A stretch of 63,686 nucleotides of DNA, the filler included, from Rozella allomycis CSF55 (Eukaryota), in NCBI GenBank assembly GCA_000442015.1. It is 10 parts of 10 records of this genome, joined end to end, with 100 filler letters (N's around TTAATTAATTAA, not from the genome) between each part and the next. Parts side by side here need not be neighbours in the genome. Positions count along the whole stretch, not along the records: positions 1 to 14,755 come from KE560804.1; positions 14,856 to 17,434 come from KE560808.1; positions 17,535 to 21,684 come from KE560809.1; positions 21,785 to 35,279 come from KE560811.1; 6 more parts are not named here. One strand, written 5' to 3'. The notes under the pieces were generated by a model that saw only the letters and a list, made by a program, of their open reading frames with translations, did no database searches and had not been told where the DNA came from. Made by a program: the position numbers and the translations under genes. Position 1 is the stretch's first letter; each line of letters starts with the position of its first letter. Below, in pieces: positions 12,440 through 25,051 of this stretch.

Positions 12440-14207
12440 CTAACGCATTCCTTTTAATGTTTTGTCTAACTCGTCTTTGCATAGCGCCTAATCCTTCAGC
12501 AGCAAGATGCTCGATGTAGGGAGCATTCATGTCACGAACTGCTGGAGTGAGCATTGAAGGCTGCAAATCCATATTTGACCTAGCGATGATGTTGACCTTG
12601 CTTAATTTATCTGAAGATAATGGTGTGATTAAATGATAAAGACAATTCTTGTGATCAATTGAACGAATGAAACCTTTTCACATGAAATTAAATATAGTAC
12701 CGTAACCCAAACATTGAGACTCTCCAACTGCTTCGCATTCATTTCTTAAAAAACGAGGAAAGTTCTTTGGTGTAGAATTTTCATCAAAATGATAATTCGG
12801 ATTGTAAAGCAAGGCGACGAGTGAAGCGTTGAATGCAAGTAGATAATTTGACCTTTCAATCTAAAACATATTCTACATATTTCATTACTTTTTCAAAAGG
12901 AATACACAGGGCCACATCATTAAATGGAATTACAAAAGGAGGAACGCTACTCAATGGCCTTGGATCAAACGAAAGGGGATATTCTGGATTATGAGATAAA
13001 TAAAACATGAAACGCAAAGTCCTGTGATCAAAAGGTTGAAAACTAAATTGACTGGGAGAAGAAGACGAAAGTTCAATCAAGTTTGTATTTTCCAACACCA
13101 CAAAAGACTCAAGATCATTTTGAGATGATTTTGAAAATACCCTGGGAGTTGTAAATAGATCATCGAAGAATATTTTTGCGTCGTTTTGGCCATTCTGTGA
13201 AACTTGATTAGATTTTAGAAACACGAGGTGCGATGGAAGAGTGAGCATTACCAGCTCTTTAATGATTTCCAAGCCAATTCCTTTAATCCATCCAAGCGAA
13301 TTAAAAATTATTGGGTAGCGTTGTTTGCTTTGATTAATATAATTATGAACGCTAGTCATCACTGAGGTGCACGCTTTCAAGTATTCCAAAGGATTGTCGT
13401 TAATATTTAAAGTTCCAACGTATTTACACGATTCAAAGTCTTCATGATGGTTATTGCTAATTGCATGAGTAAAAGGCGGTCCGAAAACAGGTTTCGAAAT
13501 GACCCGAGCCGAGACAAGCCCTGGCGGTGTAAATTCAGGTTGGCCAACATCGAAATCTACATAAATAACTTTATCATAATTTGACAAGAAACCATTCAAC
13601 AAGCATCGACTAAATGTAGATTTCCCAACATTTTTTGAACCGCAAACAAACACAGAGTGTACTGAATTATTTAAATCTTGAAATGCTCTAATCCAGCTTT
13701 CTGTAATTTGAAGAGTCGGTAGAGGACTTTCTTCTGATGGATATATTTCCAACGTTTCCTTTTCACTCTGCAATAGACTGAACAATTTAATATTACTTTT
13801 CCAAATATGTATCGATATTCAGGATACTTGTGATGTATAGCATGGAAATCGAGTTTGTCTAAAAGTAGTACACAATTATTGCAGTCAAGTTTAATGTCAT
13901 TTGCATTTAAAACTTCCAAAATATCATTAGGAATTAAGGATTCGCCGCTAGGACCGCCATAAGTTAGAGAAATTAAACTGTTTGTTTTAGGCGAATATAT
14001 TCTTTGTGTATTTGCAGAGGGGTTCAGTTGAAAATTATTCACCCACACATTACCATGCAGTACTTGTAGATCAGCTAAACCATATATTGTTATAGACTTT
14101 AATTATCAATAAAGAGTAATTACCTTGTCAAAAACTATCAAAATTTTGTCTTTTGCAGTATCTGTTTGAAAAAACATTCAAAGCCACAATATTTTTTCAA
14201 CCCACAT
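12440..14207 (-). CDS. GRC3: Polynucleotide 5'-kinase Grc3/Nol9; start approximate
   Basis: FVCGSKNVGKSTFSRCLLN, DFDVGQPEFTPPG, IFNSLGWIKGIGLE, and C-terminal CLGYG/FIRSID. Confidence 0.88.
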
Positions 14208-14255
14208 CTCGAACAAAAGGATTTGTATTCTTACAACTAATTTTATTTAAAGTGT

Positions 14256-14450
14256 TTATGCCAGTCTTCTCAGAATCATGGATGCATTCCTTTTTGCTAA
14301 TGTGAAACTAATTTTTAATCTCAGCCTGTGATATACCACATTAGTTTCAATATTTTGCAGATTGGACACTGCATGCGCGATACTTTTAAGGAAAGCCAAA
14401 GAATCTACGTCCATTCCTCCAGTTGATTCCATACAGAAAGGATTTGTATT
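14256..14450 (-). mobile_element. 3' remnant of a non-LTR retrotransposon with a restriction-like endonuclease (CRE-like clade)
   Basis: PFCMESTGGMDVDSLAFLKSIA...RLRLKISFTLAKRNASMILRR matches the C-terminal P...E..G.......L......R.S..LQR.NA.MIL pattern of RLE-type elements; upstream parts are missing. Confidence 0.6.
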
Positions 14451-14716
14451 GTTTACTGAAATATGATATATTCCTGATTCCATCCACTATCCGGGAAAGA
14501 GATTTTAGTAAGATAATTCCCCCTCACATGTTTATTAAACCGCTTTCTTCTTCAACGGTTAAATACTAATTCCCACATGCCATTTATATTACAGACTTTC
14601 TATCTACAAGCTCAATAACATTAATTTTCTAAAGAGCCTGCGATTTTCGTTCACAGTCAGGTTGTAATTCATCAGTACACCTCTCATGAATGAGGCGCTT
14701 GGGTTTGATAATAATA

Positions 14717-14755
14717 ATTTTATCGGACGGGGAGTTTACGACCCGGACTTCAGAA
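14717..14755 (+). repeat. 5' terminus of the HINE-like dispersed repeat, truncated by a gap
   Basis: ttttatcggacggggagtttacgacccggacttcagaa matches 63365-63400 and the reverse complement of 4788-4812. Confidence 0.65.
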
Positions 14756-14856
14756 NNNNNNNNNNNNNNNNNNNNNNNNNNNNNNNNNNNNNNNNNNNNT
14801 TAATTAATTAANNNNNNNNNNNNNNNNNNNNNNNNNNNNNNNNNNNNNNNNNNNNT
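14756..14856. other. Assembly gap with artificial TTAATTAATTAA spacer (also near 17435, 21685, 35280, 53888, 55853, 58354, 60432 and 62016)
   Basis: The same N-run/12-mer/N-run layout occurs nine times; the 12-mer places stop codons in all six frames. Confidence 0.95.
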
Positions 14857-15477
14857 AGCAATAAAACTTGGGGTGTTGGCACACGAGTGTTTCTTTTAAG
14901 CTTATGAATAACAAGTCACAAAAGCGATATTGTGAGGAAACAAAACCTGATCCTGTTGCGTCTACATTAAACATAATTAACTTTGCCGAATGGTTAAAAC
15001 ATACAACCAAAAAGAACGGAGGTACATATTTTTATTATTATCATTTACAGGACATTATTCTGCTAATTCGATCAAGAGTTATACACAAGCCACTGTGGAC
15101 TTAAACAAGTTGCATTCAGCAGAAGGCAAGTGTACGTTAATTACACCTGAAGAACGAATGTTGCTTTCGCAAGCTAGCTGTCAACAATGCGAAACTTGAT
15201 GTTAAACGTCAGGCAGCCAAGTACGCATTACATTAAAAAAATTCTATAGACATTTAAAAGATAGACAAGGAGGACTCTCGATTTCTGAAGGTTATACTCT
15301 TGCGCAGCATACGCAAATGTGTATTTACGCGTTTTCGAAAGGGGATTGTACATATTTTTTTACATTTCTGTATTTTAATTTTTGGACTGAAACAATGGGC
15401 TGATCAAGTCGTGAGTCATCAATTGATTGGACGTGGAGACACGACAAGAAAAATTAGACTCGCCGACATAGGAATAC

Positions 15478-17221
15478 GGACCCCATCCTGTTACCTTTAA
15501 TATTTGTTATCAAATTATTAAATACAATAATGTTATAGTGCAACTTTCGTCATTATTATAGTGGCGGTCAAAACTAAAGCCGTTAAAAAGCCTACTCAGC
15601 ATTAACAGCCGCATGGTACCCCTTGGCGTTACCTCTCCGATACGCCTTAAACAATTATATAAATAACTATTGTAATACAGGATTATGCATTATTACAGTG
15701 GCGGTCGAAAATATAGCCGTTAAAGAGCCTACTCAGCATTAACAACCTCATAGGACCCCCTCCTGTTACCTCACGAAGTCCCCCGAAATTATTGAATAAA
15801 TATCTATTGTAATACAAGATTTTCCATTATTAGAGTGCCGATCGAAAATATAGCCTTTAAAGAGCCTCCTCAGAATTAACAGCCGCATGGTACCCCTTGG
15901 CGTTACCTCTCCGATACGCCTTAAACTATTAGATACATAACTATTGTAGTACCAAAGAATGCATTATTACAACTGCGGTCGAAAATGAAGCCGGAAAACC
16001 TACTACCCGCACTACCAAAGTGATGGTACACAGTACTTGCCAAACAGCTACACCATATGCGAATCGAAGACATCACACATGCGCATAATTAATATAGTGT
16101 ATAGAAATCGTTTTGAATTACTTCCTTGCCTATTCTTAAATACGCGACGCTGATTCTATCTTTATTCCANATTAATTTCACATGAAATAGCGGACTTATA
16201 GACCCCCTGCTGTTACCTTTAATATTTGTTATAAATTATCAAATACAATAATGTTATAGTGCAACTTTATTCATTATTATAGTAGCAGTCAAAAATAAAG
16301 CCGTTAAAAAGTTTACTCAGCATTAACAGCCGCATGGTACCCCTTGGCGTTACCTCTCCAATACGCCTTAAACAATTATATAAAGAACTATTGTAATACA
16401 GGATTATGCATTATTACAGTGGCGGTCGAAAATAAAGCCGTTAAAAAGCCTACTCAGCATTAACAACCTCATAGGACCCCTTGGCGTTACCTCTCCGATA
16501 CGCCTTAAACAATTATATAAAGAACTATTGTAATACAATATTTTTCATTATTACAGTGCCGATCGAAAATAAAGCCCTTAAAGAGCCTCCTCAGAATTAA
16601 CAGCCGCGTGGTACCCCTTGGCGTTACCTCTCCGATACGCCTTAAACTATTAGATACATAACTATTGTACTACCAAAGAATGCATTATTACAACTGCGGT
16701 CGAAAATGAAGCCGGCAAACCTACTACCCGCACTACCAAAGTGATGGTACACAGCACTTGCCAAACAGCTTACACCATATGAGAATCGAAGACATCACGC
16801 ATGCTCATAGTTAATATAGTGTATAGAAATCGTTTTGAAATCACTTCCTTGCCTATTCTTAAATACGCGACGCTGATTCTATTATTATTCCANGAAAATA
16901 AAGCCCTTAAAGAGCCTCCTCAGAATTAACAGCCGCGTGGTACCCCTTGGCGTTACCTCTCCGATACGCCTTAAACTATTAGATACATAACTATTGTACT
17001 ACCAAAGAATGCATTATTACAACTGCGGTCGAAAATGAAGCCGGAAAACCTACTACCCGCACTACCAAAGTGATGGTACACAGTACTTGCCAAACAGCTT
17101 ACACCATATGAGAATCGAAGACATCACGCATGCTCATAGTTAATATAGTGTATAGAAATCGTTTTGAAATCACTTCCTTGCCTATTCTTAAATACGCGAC
17201 GCTGATTCTATTATTATTCCA
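15478..17221. repeat. 137-bp tandem repeat organised in ~720-bp higher-order blocks
   Basis: The cattatta..gtggcggtc anchor occurs at 15551, 15688, 15825 and 15962, and again at 16272, 16409, 16546 and 16683. Each block ends in the same ~200-bp tail; a third partial block starts at 16894. Confidence 0.9.
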
Positions 17222-17534
17222 CTAAGGATGTACATAAATCAATCTATTCATTTAATAAAGTATTATCTAGCTATGTTTCTTGAAAATATTATATCGCAAT
17301 GTTAAACTAAACGGTTTGTCATTTCTATNCGCAATGTTAAACTAAACAGTTTGTCATTTCTATCTTTTTCCTGATTTAAAATCCGAAATTTCCTAAATGG
17401 TCCCGTCAATCAGCGACGATATCTTAACGCCGACNNNNNNNNNNNNNNNNNNNNNNNNNNNNNNNNNNNNNNNNNNNNTTAATTAATTAANNNNNNNNNN
17501 NNNNNNNNNNNNNNNNNNNNNNNNNNNNNNNNNN

Positions 17535-20386
17535 TACGAAAGTTATCCACTCAACAAATGGTGCGAGGAATTCCAAATTTTTCGGAAGGCGAACATTTAG
17601 CTTTTTGTGAAATTTGCGCACGGAATAAATCAAAGCGAGTCCCTTTCAAGGGCAAGAGACCTCAAGCAAAAGACATCGGAGAAGTATTGCATACAGATTT
17701 GTGTGGACCAATGCAAGTGGAAACGCCAAGTGGAAAAAGGTATGTGCATGTTGTCATTGATGATTTTTCAAGAATGTGTTGGATAAGATTGTTAAGGAAC
17801 AAAGCGGAAGCTAAAGTGACGTTAAGAGAAATCATTACATTTATTGAAACTCAGTCAGGACGGAAGGTCAAAACTGTTAGAAGCGATAGAGGGGGAGAGT
17901 TTGTTGATGGGGATTTACAGAAATATTTTACAGAAAAGGGAATCAAACATTATTTGACAGACAAATACACCCCGGAAATGAATGGAACGGCTGAACGGAA
18001 AAACGGATTGTTGATGGCTGCGGCACGTTGTTTGTTAAGGCAAGCAGGATTACCAGACACGTTTTGGGGAGAGATGGTGAATACAGCATGTTATTTACAA
18101 AATCGGACACCAACCAGCATACTAGGAAACATAACACCTGTGGAAGCATTTACAGGCGAGAAACCCTCGGTGGCACATTTAAGAACAATAGGGACAAAAT
18201 GTTTTGTCTATATTCCGAAAATAAAACGACAAAAATTAGACGAGCAAGCAGAGGAGCACACTTTAGTTGGTTATGACATATCCGAACGAAATTATAGATT
18301 ACGAGTTGGAAAGACAAATAGAGTAATTGTATCGACTCATGTTAAATTTACTAATATTCAACAAGAATTGAACAAAATGAAGTACACAAATTTAGAAGAT
18401 GATTTATTGGACAATGAAATTGATGAAGAAATTAAAATGAATCAAGAAACATCAACAAACAAACAGTATGATTTTAAAGAAGAATTAAACAAATTATTAA
18501 TTAATTCAAATATTCAAAAACATAATAAGAATAATGAGGAGAATACGAATGTTGAAAAAGAACCCATTCAACCCAGGCCACGAAATTTACGGAATTTAGA
18601 GCGAAAAGATTATGCCGAATTATCAAACTTCAAAGATGTGGCTTTACTAAGTACAGATAGAATTAGCGAGATTCCAAGGAATGTTAAGGAAGCTTTAAGT
18701 GGCGCAGAAGCTAATGAATGGAAACAAGCAATGGAAACGGAATACAAATCGCTAGAAGAGAACAAAACTTGGAAACTCTGTGAATTACCAGCATCAAGAA
18801 CAGCTGTTGGGTGCCGTTGGGTATTTGCAAAGAAATTCGATAGTGAAGGAAAGTTACAAAGATATAAGGCAAGACTAGTTGCACAGGGATTTTCGCAACG
18901 ACCAGGCATTGATGTCGAACAAACATATGCTCCGGTAACGCGGATTCAATCGGTAAGAATATTAATAGCATTAGGGGTGCAACTTGATTGGCATATGCAT
19001 CAAATGGATATGGTGACGGCATATCTAAATGGAACATTAGACACAATGATATATATGAAACAACCCGAAGGCTTTATTAAAGAAGGAAGCGAAAATTTGG
19101 TATGTGATCTTCAAAAGAGTTTATATGGATTAAAACAGTCGGGAAGATTATGGAATATTAAGATTGACTGCGATTTAAGGAAAAATGGATTTAAGAGATG
19201 TCGTGCAGATTGGTGCATTTATGTGAAACAAGAAAATGGAGTCATTATAGTTATTGCTATTTATGTGGATGATATTATAATAATGTCAAAAGAAATAGAG
19301 CTAATAAATAAAACAAAAGATTTATTGAAGACATTGTATAAAGTTAAGGACATGGGAAATATTGGTTGGTGCCTTGGAATAAAGATTAATAGAATTGGAG
19401 AAAACGTAACTGAATTAAGTCAGAAGCAATATATAAAAGAAAAATTGGAGATATTTGGAATGAGTGATTGTAAGCCAATCGGGACACCAATGGAAACCGG
19501 TATAAAATATGGAGCATGGATGTCACCAAAAACGCAAGCGGAAAAGGAAGAAATGAAAGATATTCCATATAGAGAAGCAGTGGGAAATTTACAGTGGTTG
19601 GCCAATATGACAAGACCAGATATCGCACAGGCAGTGGGGGTAGCAAGCAGATTCTGCCAGAATCCGGGAGTTCAACATTGGAAGTTAGTTAAGAGAATTT
19701 TTAGATATTTAGCTGGGACAATCAATAAAACTTTAATATTCAAGAAAGCCAAGAATGAGGGAGTTGCAAAGTTGGAACTGATTGGTTATTGTGATGCAGA
19801 TTGGGCATCAGATGTAGATTCGAGAAAATCAACCACGGGTTATATATTCTTTATTAATGGAAATGCTGTAACATGGAGATCCAGGATTCAAAGAACGAAT
19901 GCACTCTCATCTACAGAAGCAGAATATATGGCGATAACAGAAGCAGTGAAAGAAGGAAAATGGATACAAAAATTATTAAAAGAATTAAAAGTCTGGAAGA
20001 AACTACAAAATAAATTTATTAAGATCATGGAAGACAATCAAGGTGCAATTAAATTAGCAGAGAATCCAATTTCACATGATAGAACGAAACATATTGATAA
20101 TCAATTTCATTTAATTAGGGACTTAATAGAATGCAAGAAATTGAAAATAGAATATTTAAACACAAAGGAAATGATCGCAGATATTATGACAAAGGCTGTT
20201 TCAAAGTCAGATTATGAAAAACATGTAGAGTCAATGAATGTGAGAGAGGAAACGGTAGTAAAGAATAATAATTCAGCAAGTGGGGGAATCAGAGAATTGA
20301 ATACTAAATTACGATCCGATAAGAATACTGAATTATCATTGGTGAACAAGGAACCCTCCGATCAGATGATCAATTCTCCGAACTAA
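17535..20386 (+). mobile_element. Ty1/copia pol: integrase, RT, RNase H (5' end lost in the gap)
   Basis: CEIC zinc finger, HTDLCGP / RSDRGGEF / NGTAERKN integrase, RYKARLVAQGFSQ, LYGLKQSGR, YVDD, GYCDADWA, TEAEY and EDNQGA; uninterrupted 942-aa ORF. Confidence 0.97.
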
Positions 20387-20457
20387 TATATATAGGGCTT
20401 CGATATTCAATAAAGCATCCTTTATAAACTAATTAACGTTTTACTTTTCATATTTGA
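20289..20457 (+). repeat. Single ~169-bp LTR between a PPT and a PBS
   Basis: Follows the PPT aagtgggggaa (to 20288), precedes the PBS gttatgagcccag, and contains TATATATA and AATAAA. Confidence 0.7.
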
Positions 20458-20470
20458 GTTATGAGCCCAG
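20458..20470 (+). promoter_or_regulatory. Primer-binding site complementary to the tRNA-iMet anticodon arm (Ty5/Drosophila copia half-tRNA type)
   Basis: gttatgagcccag resembles the GGTTATG(A/G)GCCC PBS; the gag ATG lies inside it. Confidence 0.75.
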
Positions 20471-21684
20471 GAAACGTTAATAGTATTAGTAACAAGGTTA
20501 GGACGCTGGATGGAGCGAACACATATTTAGGATGGCTTAGTGACATCAAAGCATATTTAGCAGCAGTTGGGCTGGATGAAACATTGGATAGTACCAACAG
20601 GGCAATTGGGAAGCACGGAAGCCCAGAACACGAGAAGCTGATGAAGGATAGTAGAAAGGCCGGAGGCCTAATGAAGCTAACAATGGATATTATTGAAAGA
20701 GATGATGTTGACTCAATGGAATTTGCAGATCAAATCTGGGACTTTATGAAGAAGAAATATGGGCAAGAGTCAGCTAGGATGAAAATTACAAGCAGGAGGG
20801 CTTTGAGTAATTATAAGATGACGGACGACATGACCATTGAAGAATACTTGAGAAGACACACTATTTTGTATAATGAGTACAAGAAAGTTGGGGGTCGCAT
20901 AAATGATGAAGATCTAGTTGGTATTCTATTGGATGGGGTATCGGAAAAGTATAGCTTTAAAGTTGATGTATATTATGAACATTTAGAGGATAGCAAGAAA
21001 ACAGATTATGCAAGTGTAAAGCAAATGTTTGTGAAAATGGATATGGAAGATAAGGCAAGAAAAGAAAAGAGCAGCTTGGACGATCAATCACATGAGCTTG
21101 CAATGAATATCAAACACCGGAAAAACGAACATCAAAACAATTTGGCAAATGTTGAAACTAGAAAATGTTTTAATTGTGGAAAGCGGGGACATCTGTCAGA
21201 AACTGTAGATTGCCTAGGACAAATCGTGGAATGCACCAGGTAGACAAGACCAACATTGCAATGCAAGCGTCTATTGACACTAAATTTACTGAAATGAATT
21301 TTGAAGAGGTATATGAATGTGAAAGTGATGTTGGATGTTTTACTTTACTGGATACGGCGAATAGAAGTGCAGAAACGAGACTCAATAAAGACACCTGGAT
21401 TGTGGATTCTGGAGCTAGTGCGCACATGACAAACAATAGAGATTTAATGAGGGATTTTGTTGAAACATTTGACCGGCAAGTTATAATAGCAAACAATAAT
21501 GAACTTAAAGTTGAGGCTATTGGGGAAGTTGTCATGAGATTGAAAAATTCGAAGAGCAATGAAGAGAGTATTACANTTCGAAGAGCAATGAAGAAAGTAT
21601 TACATTACAAAATGTTCTTTATGTTCCTGAGTTATCTCCCAACCTATTTTCTGTATCATCGGCATTAAAGAATAAGAATGTGTC
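20461..21684 (+). mobile_element. Ty1/copia gag-protease (frameshift in the zinc knuckle; runs into a gap)
   Basis: Copia gag (LDGANTYLGW...IKAYL), CFNCGKRGH.../RNC knuckle split across two frames, and the WIVDSGASAHM protease motif. Confidence 0.9.
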
Positions 21685-22133
21685 NNNNNNNNNNNNNNNN
21701 NNNNNNNNNNNNNNNNNNNNNNNNNNNNTTAATTAATTAANNNNNNNNNNNNNNNNNNNNNNNNNNNNNNNNNNNNNNNNNNNNCAGGCGGGATGTGCAT
21801 GATCAGCAGGTGTCAATGTTCGTGCAGCATATTGTAAGGACAATCGTGCGCGAAATTTCTGAAAGGGGACCGTTTGCTAGATTCAGCATCAATCGCATGT
21901 TCGTTTGGAGAGCGAGATGGGAGAATTATGCGCCGGAGAATGTTAGATTCGTTGTTGTGCAGAGACCATCTATGCAGAAGAGGTGATCGGTTGGGCATTT
22001 TGATTCATGTTAATGAAACATTCGAAAATTAATTTAAATAAAGAGTTTCGTGGGTCAATTAGTTTTCTCAGAAAATATGTATCCGTTCAAATATGTTGTT
22101 TTGTTTGTTTATCATTACAATCATAAATTTTCA

Positions 22134-22671
22134 ATGGATGAGATGACAATAGACGAATTGGACCCTCGCATCCTCCCATCTCGAAAGTCCCACTGGATCC
22201 AAACCGAAATTGAGGACCTAAAACTGATATACGAGCAACGAGAAGCTTCTCTCAAGAAATCTTANAGCTTCTCTCAAGAAATCCTACGAAAAACAAATAA
22301 GAGAAATGCACAAGACACACAACACCAACATAGAGCGGCTCATAAAGGGAATCGAGACTTTGAAAACACAAAACCAAGCATTAACTGACAAAAACCAGCA
22401 ACTGCATGCAAAGTTGAGAGAGTATGAGAATTCGTTTAATCAGAGAATGGAATTGAAGCAAATCGAGACGGCGATTTTGAAATACCACCATCGGAAAGAT
22501 GAGCAGGAGGCTAGGCTGAGAAATGAGATAAGGGAGTTGAGGGAACATGTGAAATCGCTGCAAAACCAGATTGATGAGAGGAATGAAGAAAGCGATGAGA
22601 ATGAAATGGATGTGATGCAAGAAAAAACAAGAAATCAGATATTACAATTAATAAAACAGTTAAATGGATGA
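22134..22671 (+). CDS. Coiled-coil protein of unknown function, with an assembly 'n' duplication at 22265
   Basis: MDEMTIDELDPRILPSRKSHWIQTEIEDLKLIYEQREASLKKS joins the heptad-rich ORF 22306-22671 once the duplicated bases are removed. Confidence 0.5.
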
Positions 22672-23044
22672 ATTAGTGTGGGTCGTTAGAGAAAGATGTT
22701 TGTTAATCACGAGCATGGCAAGTGGAATAAAATTGTTTGCAGTTCAGATGTGGCCCTTTTTAAAGCAATGTAATTAAGGCTTGTTAGATTTAGCATCCTT
22801 AACAGACAACCCATCATGAAAAAAAGCTCGTTATAAAAATTAACAAATCTTGAGACTTGGACCTAGGTCGCCGGCGATGATCATGATAATCGTGTATTCG
22901 TGTGTTTATATCAACCTTTCTAAATATTTTTGTACAATGTTAATTGCTTCAAACGTTGATTTTCATGACAAGACGAAAATCCTAAATCTTTAGATAAGTA
23001 AATTTCGAAAAGTAGATCAAAAAGGCAAGACCCCTGACGTGAAA

Positions 23045-24477
23045 ATGAAGTTTTTATTTTATCATGCTATTNATGAATGTGTTTGGTAGCATGTTGGCCG
23101 TGGCAAATAAGGAGGAAAAGTATAAAAGTATTACGAAGCTCCTATCCAAGAAAATTAAGGGCGTGGAAAAAGTGTATTCTGAACTTCAAGAACTCGATGA
23201 AACTGTTACCAAATACGCGGAAAATTTTACGGGTTTAAAAACTGATATGAATGGGTTGAAGAAGAACATTGAGGACTTATGCTTAACAGAAAGAAACGAA
23301 TTAATGAATGGTTTCAGTGCTTGTTTCACTGAAATAACATTGAACGGGAAAAAACAAAGCATTAATAATCACTNTGGTGGTAACAACCAGCAGGTTCAAG
23401 AAGTTTTAAAGATAGTGGACGTAAGTGACGTAGGTAACTGTATTACATGAATGTTAGGTAGATAACAACGAAAATCTTAAAAATCTGGAACATATTCAGC
23501 AAGTGAAGCCAAGTTTTGTTAAAGCGTTGGATAAGTTTCGTGCAGTGACTTATGTGGATGGTGTCATTAAGCGGGACTCGGATGAAGCCAAGAAAATAGT
23601 TAGTATAGCTGAAAAATCAGATGAATTAATGAATGAATATTGTAAAATTGTGGTGCGCGAGGTTCATAAATCCTTGGATCTTTGCAAAGAAAGAATGTCT
23701 GCCATAATGAATGTGTTTGGTCGCATGTTGGTCGTGGCAAATGAGGAGGAAAAGTATAAATGTATTACGAAGCTCCTATCCAAGAAAATTATGGGCGTGG
23801 AAAAAGTGTATTCTGAATTTCAAGAACTCGATGAAACTGTTACCAAATACGCGGAAAATTTTACGGGTTTAAAAACTGATATGAATGGGTTGAAGAAGAA
23901 CATTGAGGACTTATGCTTAACAGAAAGAAACGAATTAATGAATGGTTTCAGTGCTTGTTTCACTGAAATAACATTGAACGGGAAAAAACAAAGCATTAAT
24001 AATCACTACGAAGAATGCAACGATAGAGGTGTTAGAGCTTTACTGTTGACTTTGGCTATCTATGTGAGAAAGAAGCGAATGGATGGAGAGAATGACTTTG
24101 CCTTGGATTTTGATCCAAAAGATGACTATGTTTTAGTAAATAATAATGGTGAAGCGGATTGTATTCCTTATTATGATCTTTCTAAAGCTTTACAATGTGT
24201 TACTGGCAACATTCCAGAAGTAGACGAATTCCTGGAAAATATATCAAATGTGAATTCACAAATTCGTCTACATAAAACTGCATTAAGCAGACTAATGATA
24301 AAGTGTAATACACTTATTCGTAACACCGAAGATTTTGTTGAAGATGACACAGACGAAAGTGAAATAGAAATCAGCCAGAGAATTAATGATATTGGAGATT
24401 TATGCAAAATTGCAGCAACCTCAATTTACTACAGCGATTTATTTCTAACGGCTTTGCAAAGTTTTACCGAACATTGA
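23045..24477 (+). CDS. Secreted helical protein family, copy 1 (5' part scrambled by assembly junctions)
   Basis: MKFLFYHA start; same intron position as copies 2 and 3; shared VTYVDGV.KR.S, GKKQ.IN.HY.E, ALLLTLAIYV, DG.NDF.LDF.PKDD and ALQCV..IPEVD motifs. Confidence 0.75.
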
Positions 24478-25051
24478 ACATTAATATTTAAATAAATTAA
24501 TATTCTATCTTTTAATTGTACCCCTTTTATATAAATGTTATCATTCTGGGATGAATGGCGATAAAATTTAACAACCCTGAATGAAGCCAAATCTAGCGAA
24601 CTGGAGTGCTATCTTTACATTTAGAGTGACAACACGACGAATGAGANCGACGTAGCCGACGCTTGGAAGTTAGCATGTACCAAAAAACATAGTTTTATCA
24701 CATATCTAACTTTTCAAAATGGTTAATTAGCAATGATTATTGGTTCGATTATTAACAGTTGAAGTGTGACGATCAATAGCATTACCTAATTGATATGTCC
24801 AGCCTCCCACTGTCCACAGTTATCCAAAATCGCTTCAAGGCCTCCCTTTATGTAATCGCAATGCTTTTTGGAAGAAAATAAGCGCATAAACTTCTAATTT
24901 CATAGCTCTTTCAAGTCATTTAAGCGGCTGTAGCCTGTAATTGATATGCTATGTACAGACTGCACTTTAGTAGTATTTCTGCATTATTTTAATTATAAAT
25001 TGAGGACTTTCAAGAAAACAAATCAATTAATAAAATAATTAAATGATAAAT

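Noticed and set aside
14800-14811. Palindromic TTAATTAATTAA repeated in every gap
   Set aside because: Artificial contig linker with six-frame stops, not biological.
14868-15500. Short ORFs before the tandem array
   Set aside because: Fragmentary, with no motif I can identify; possibly decayed coding sequence.
15478-17221. CRISPR-like regular spacing
   Set aside because: Whole 137-bp units are homologous with no unique spacers, there are no cas genes, and the context is eukaryotic.
21785-21986. Open frame immediately after a gap
   Set aside because: May be a gene 3' end, but it is too short and unrecognisable to call.
23072-23373. Apparent internal duplication or fourth copy of the secreted gene
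   Set aside because: Lies between two 'n' junctions and nearly matches ~23707-24007; probably an alternative haplotype or paralogue fragment inserted by the assembler.
24650-24960. Possible decayed transposase-like text on the minus strand (ILDNCGQW)
   Set aside because: Too short and interrupted by stops to support.
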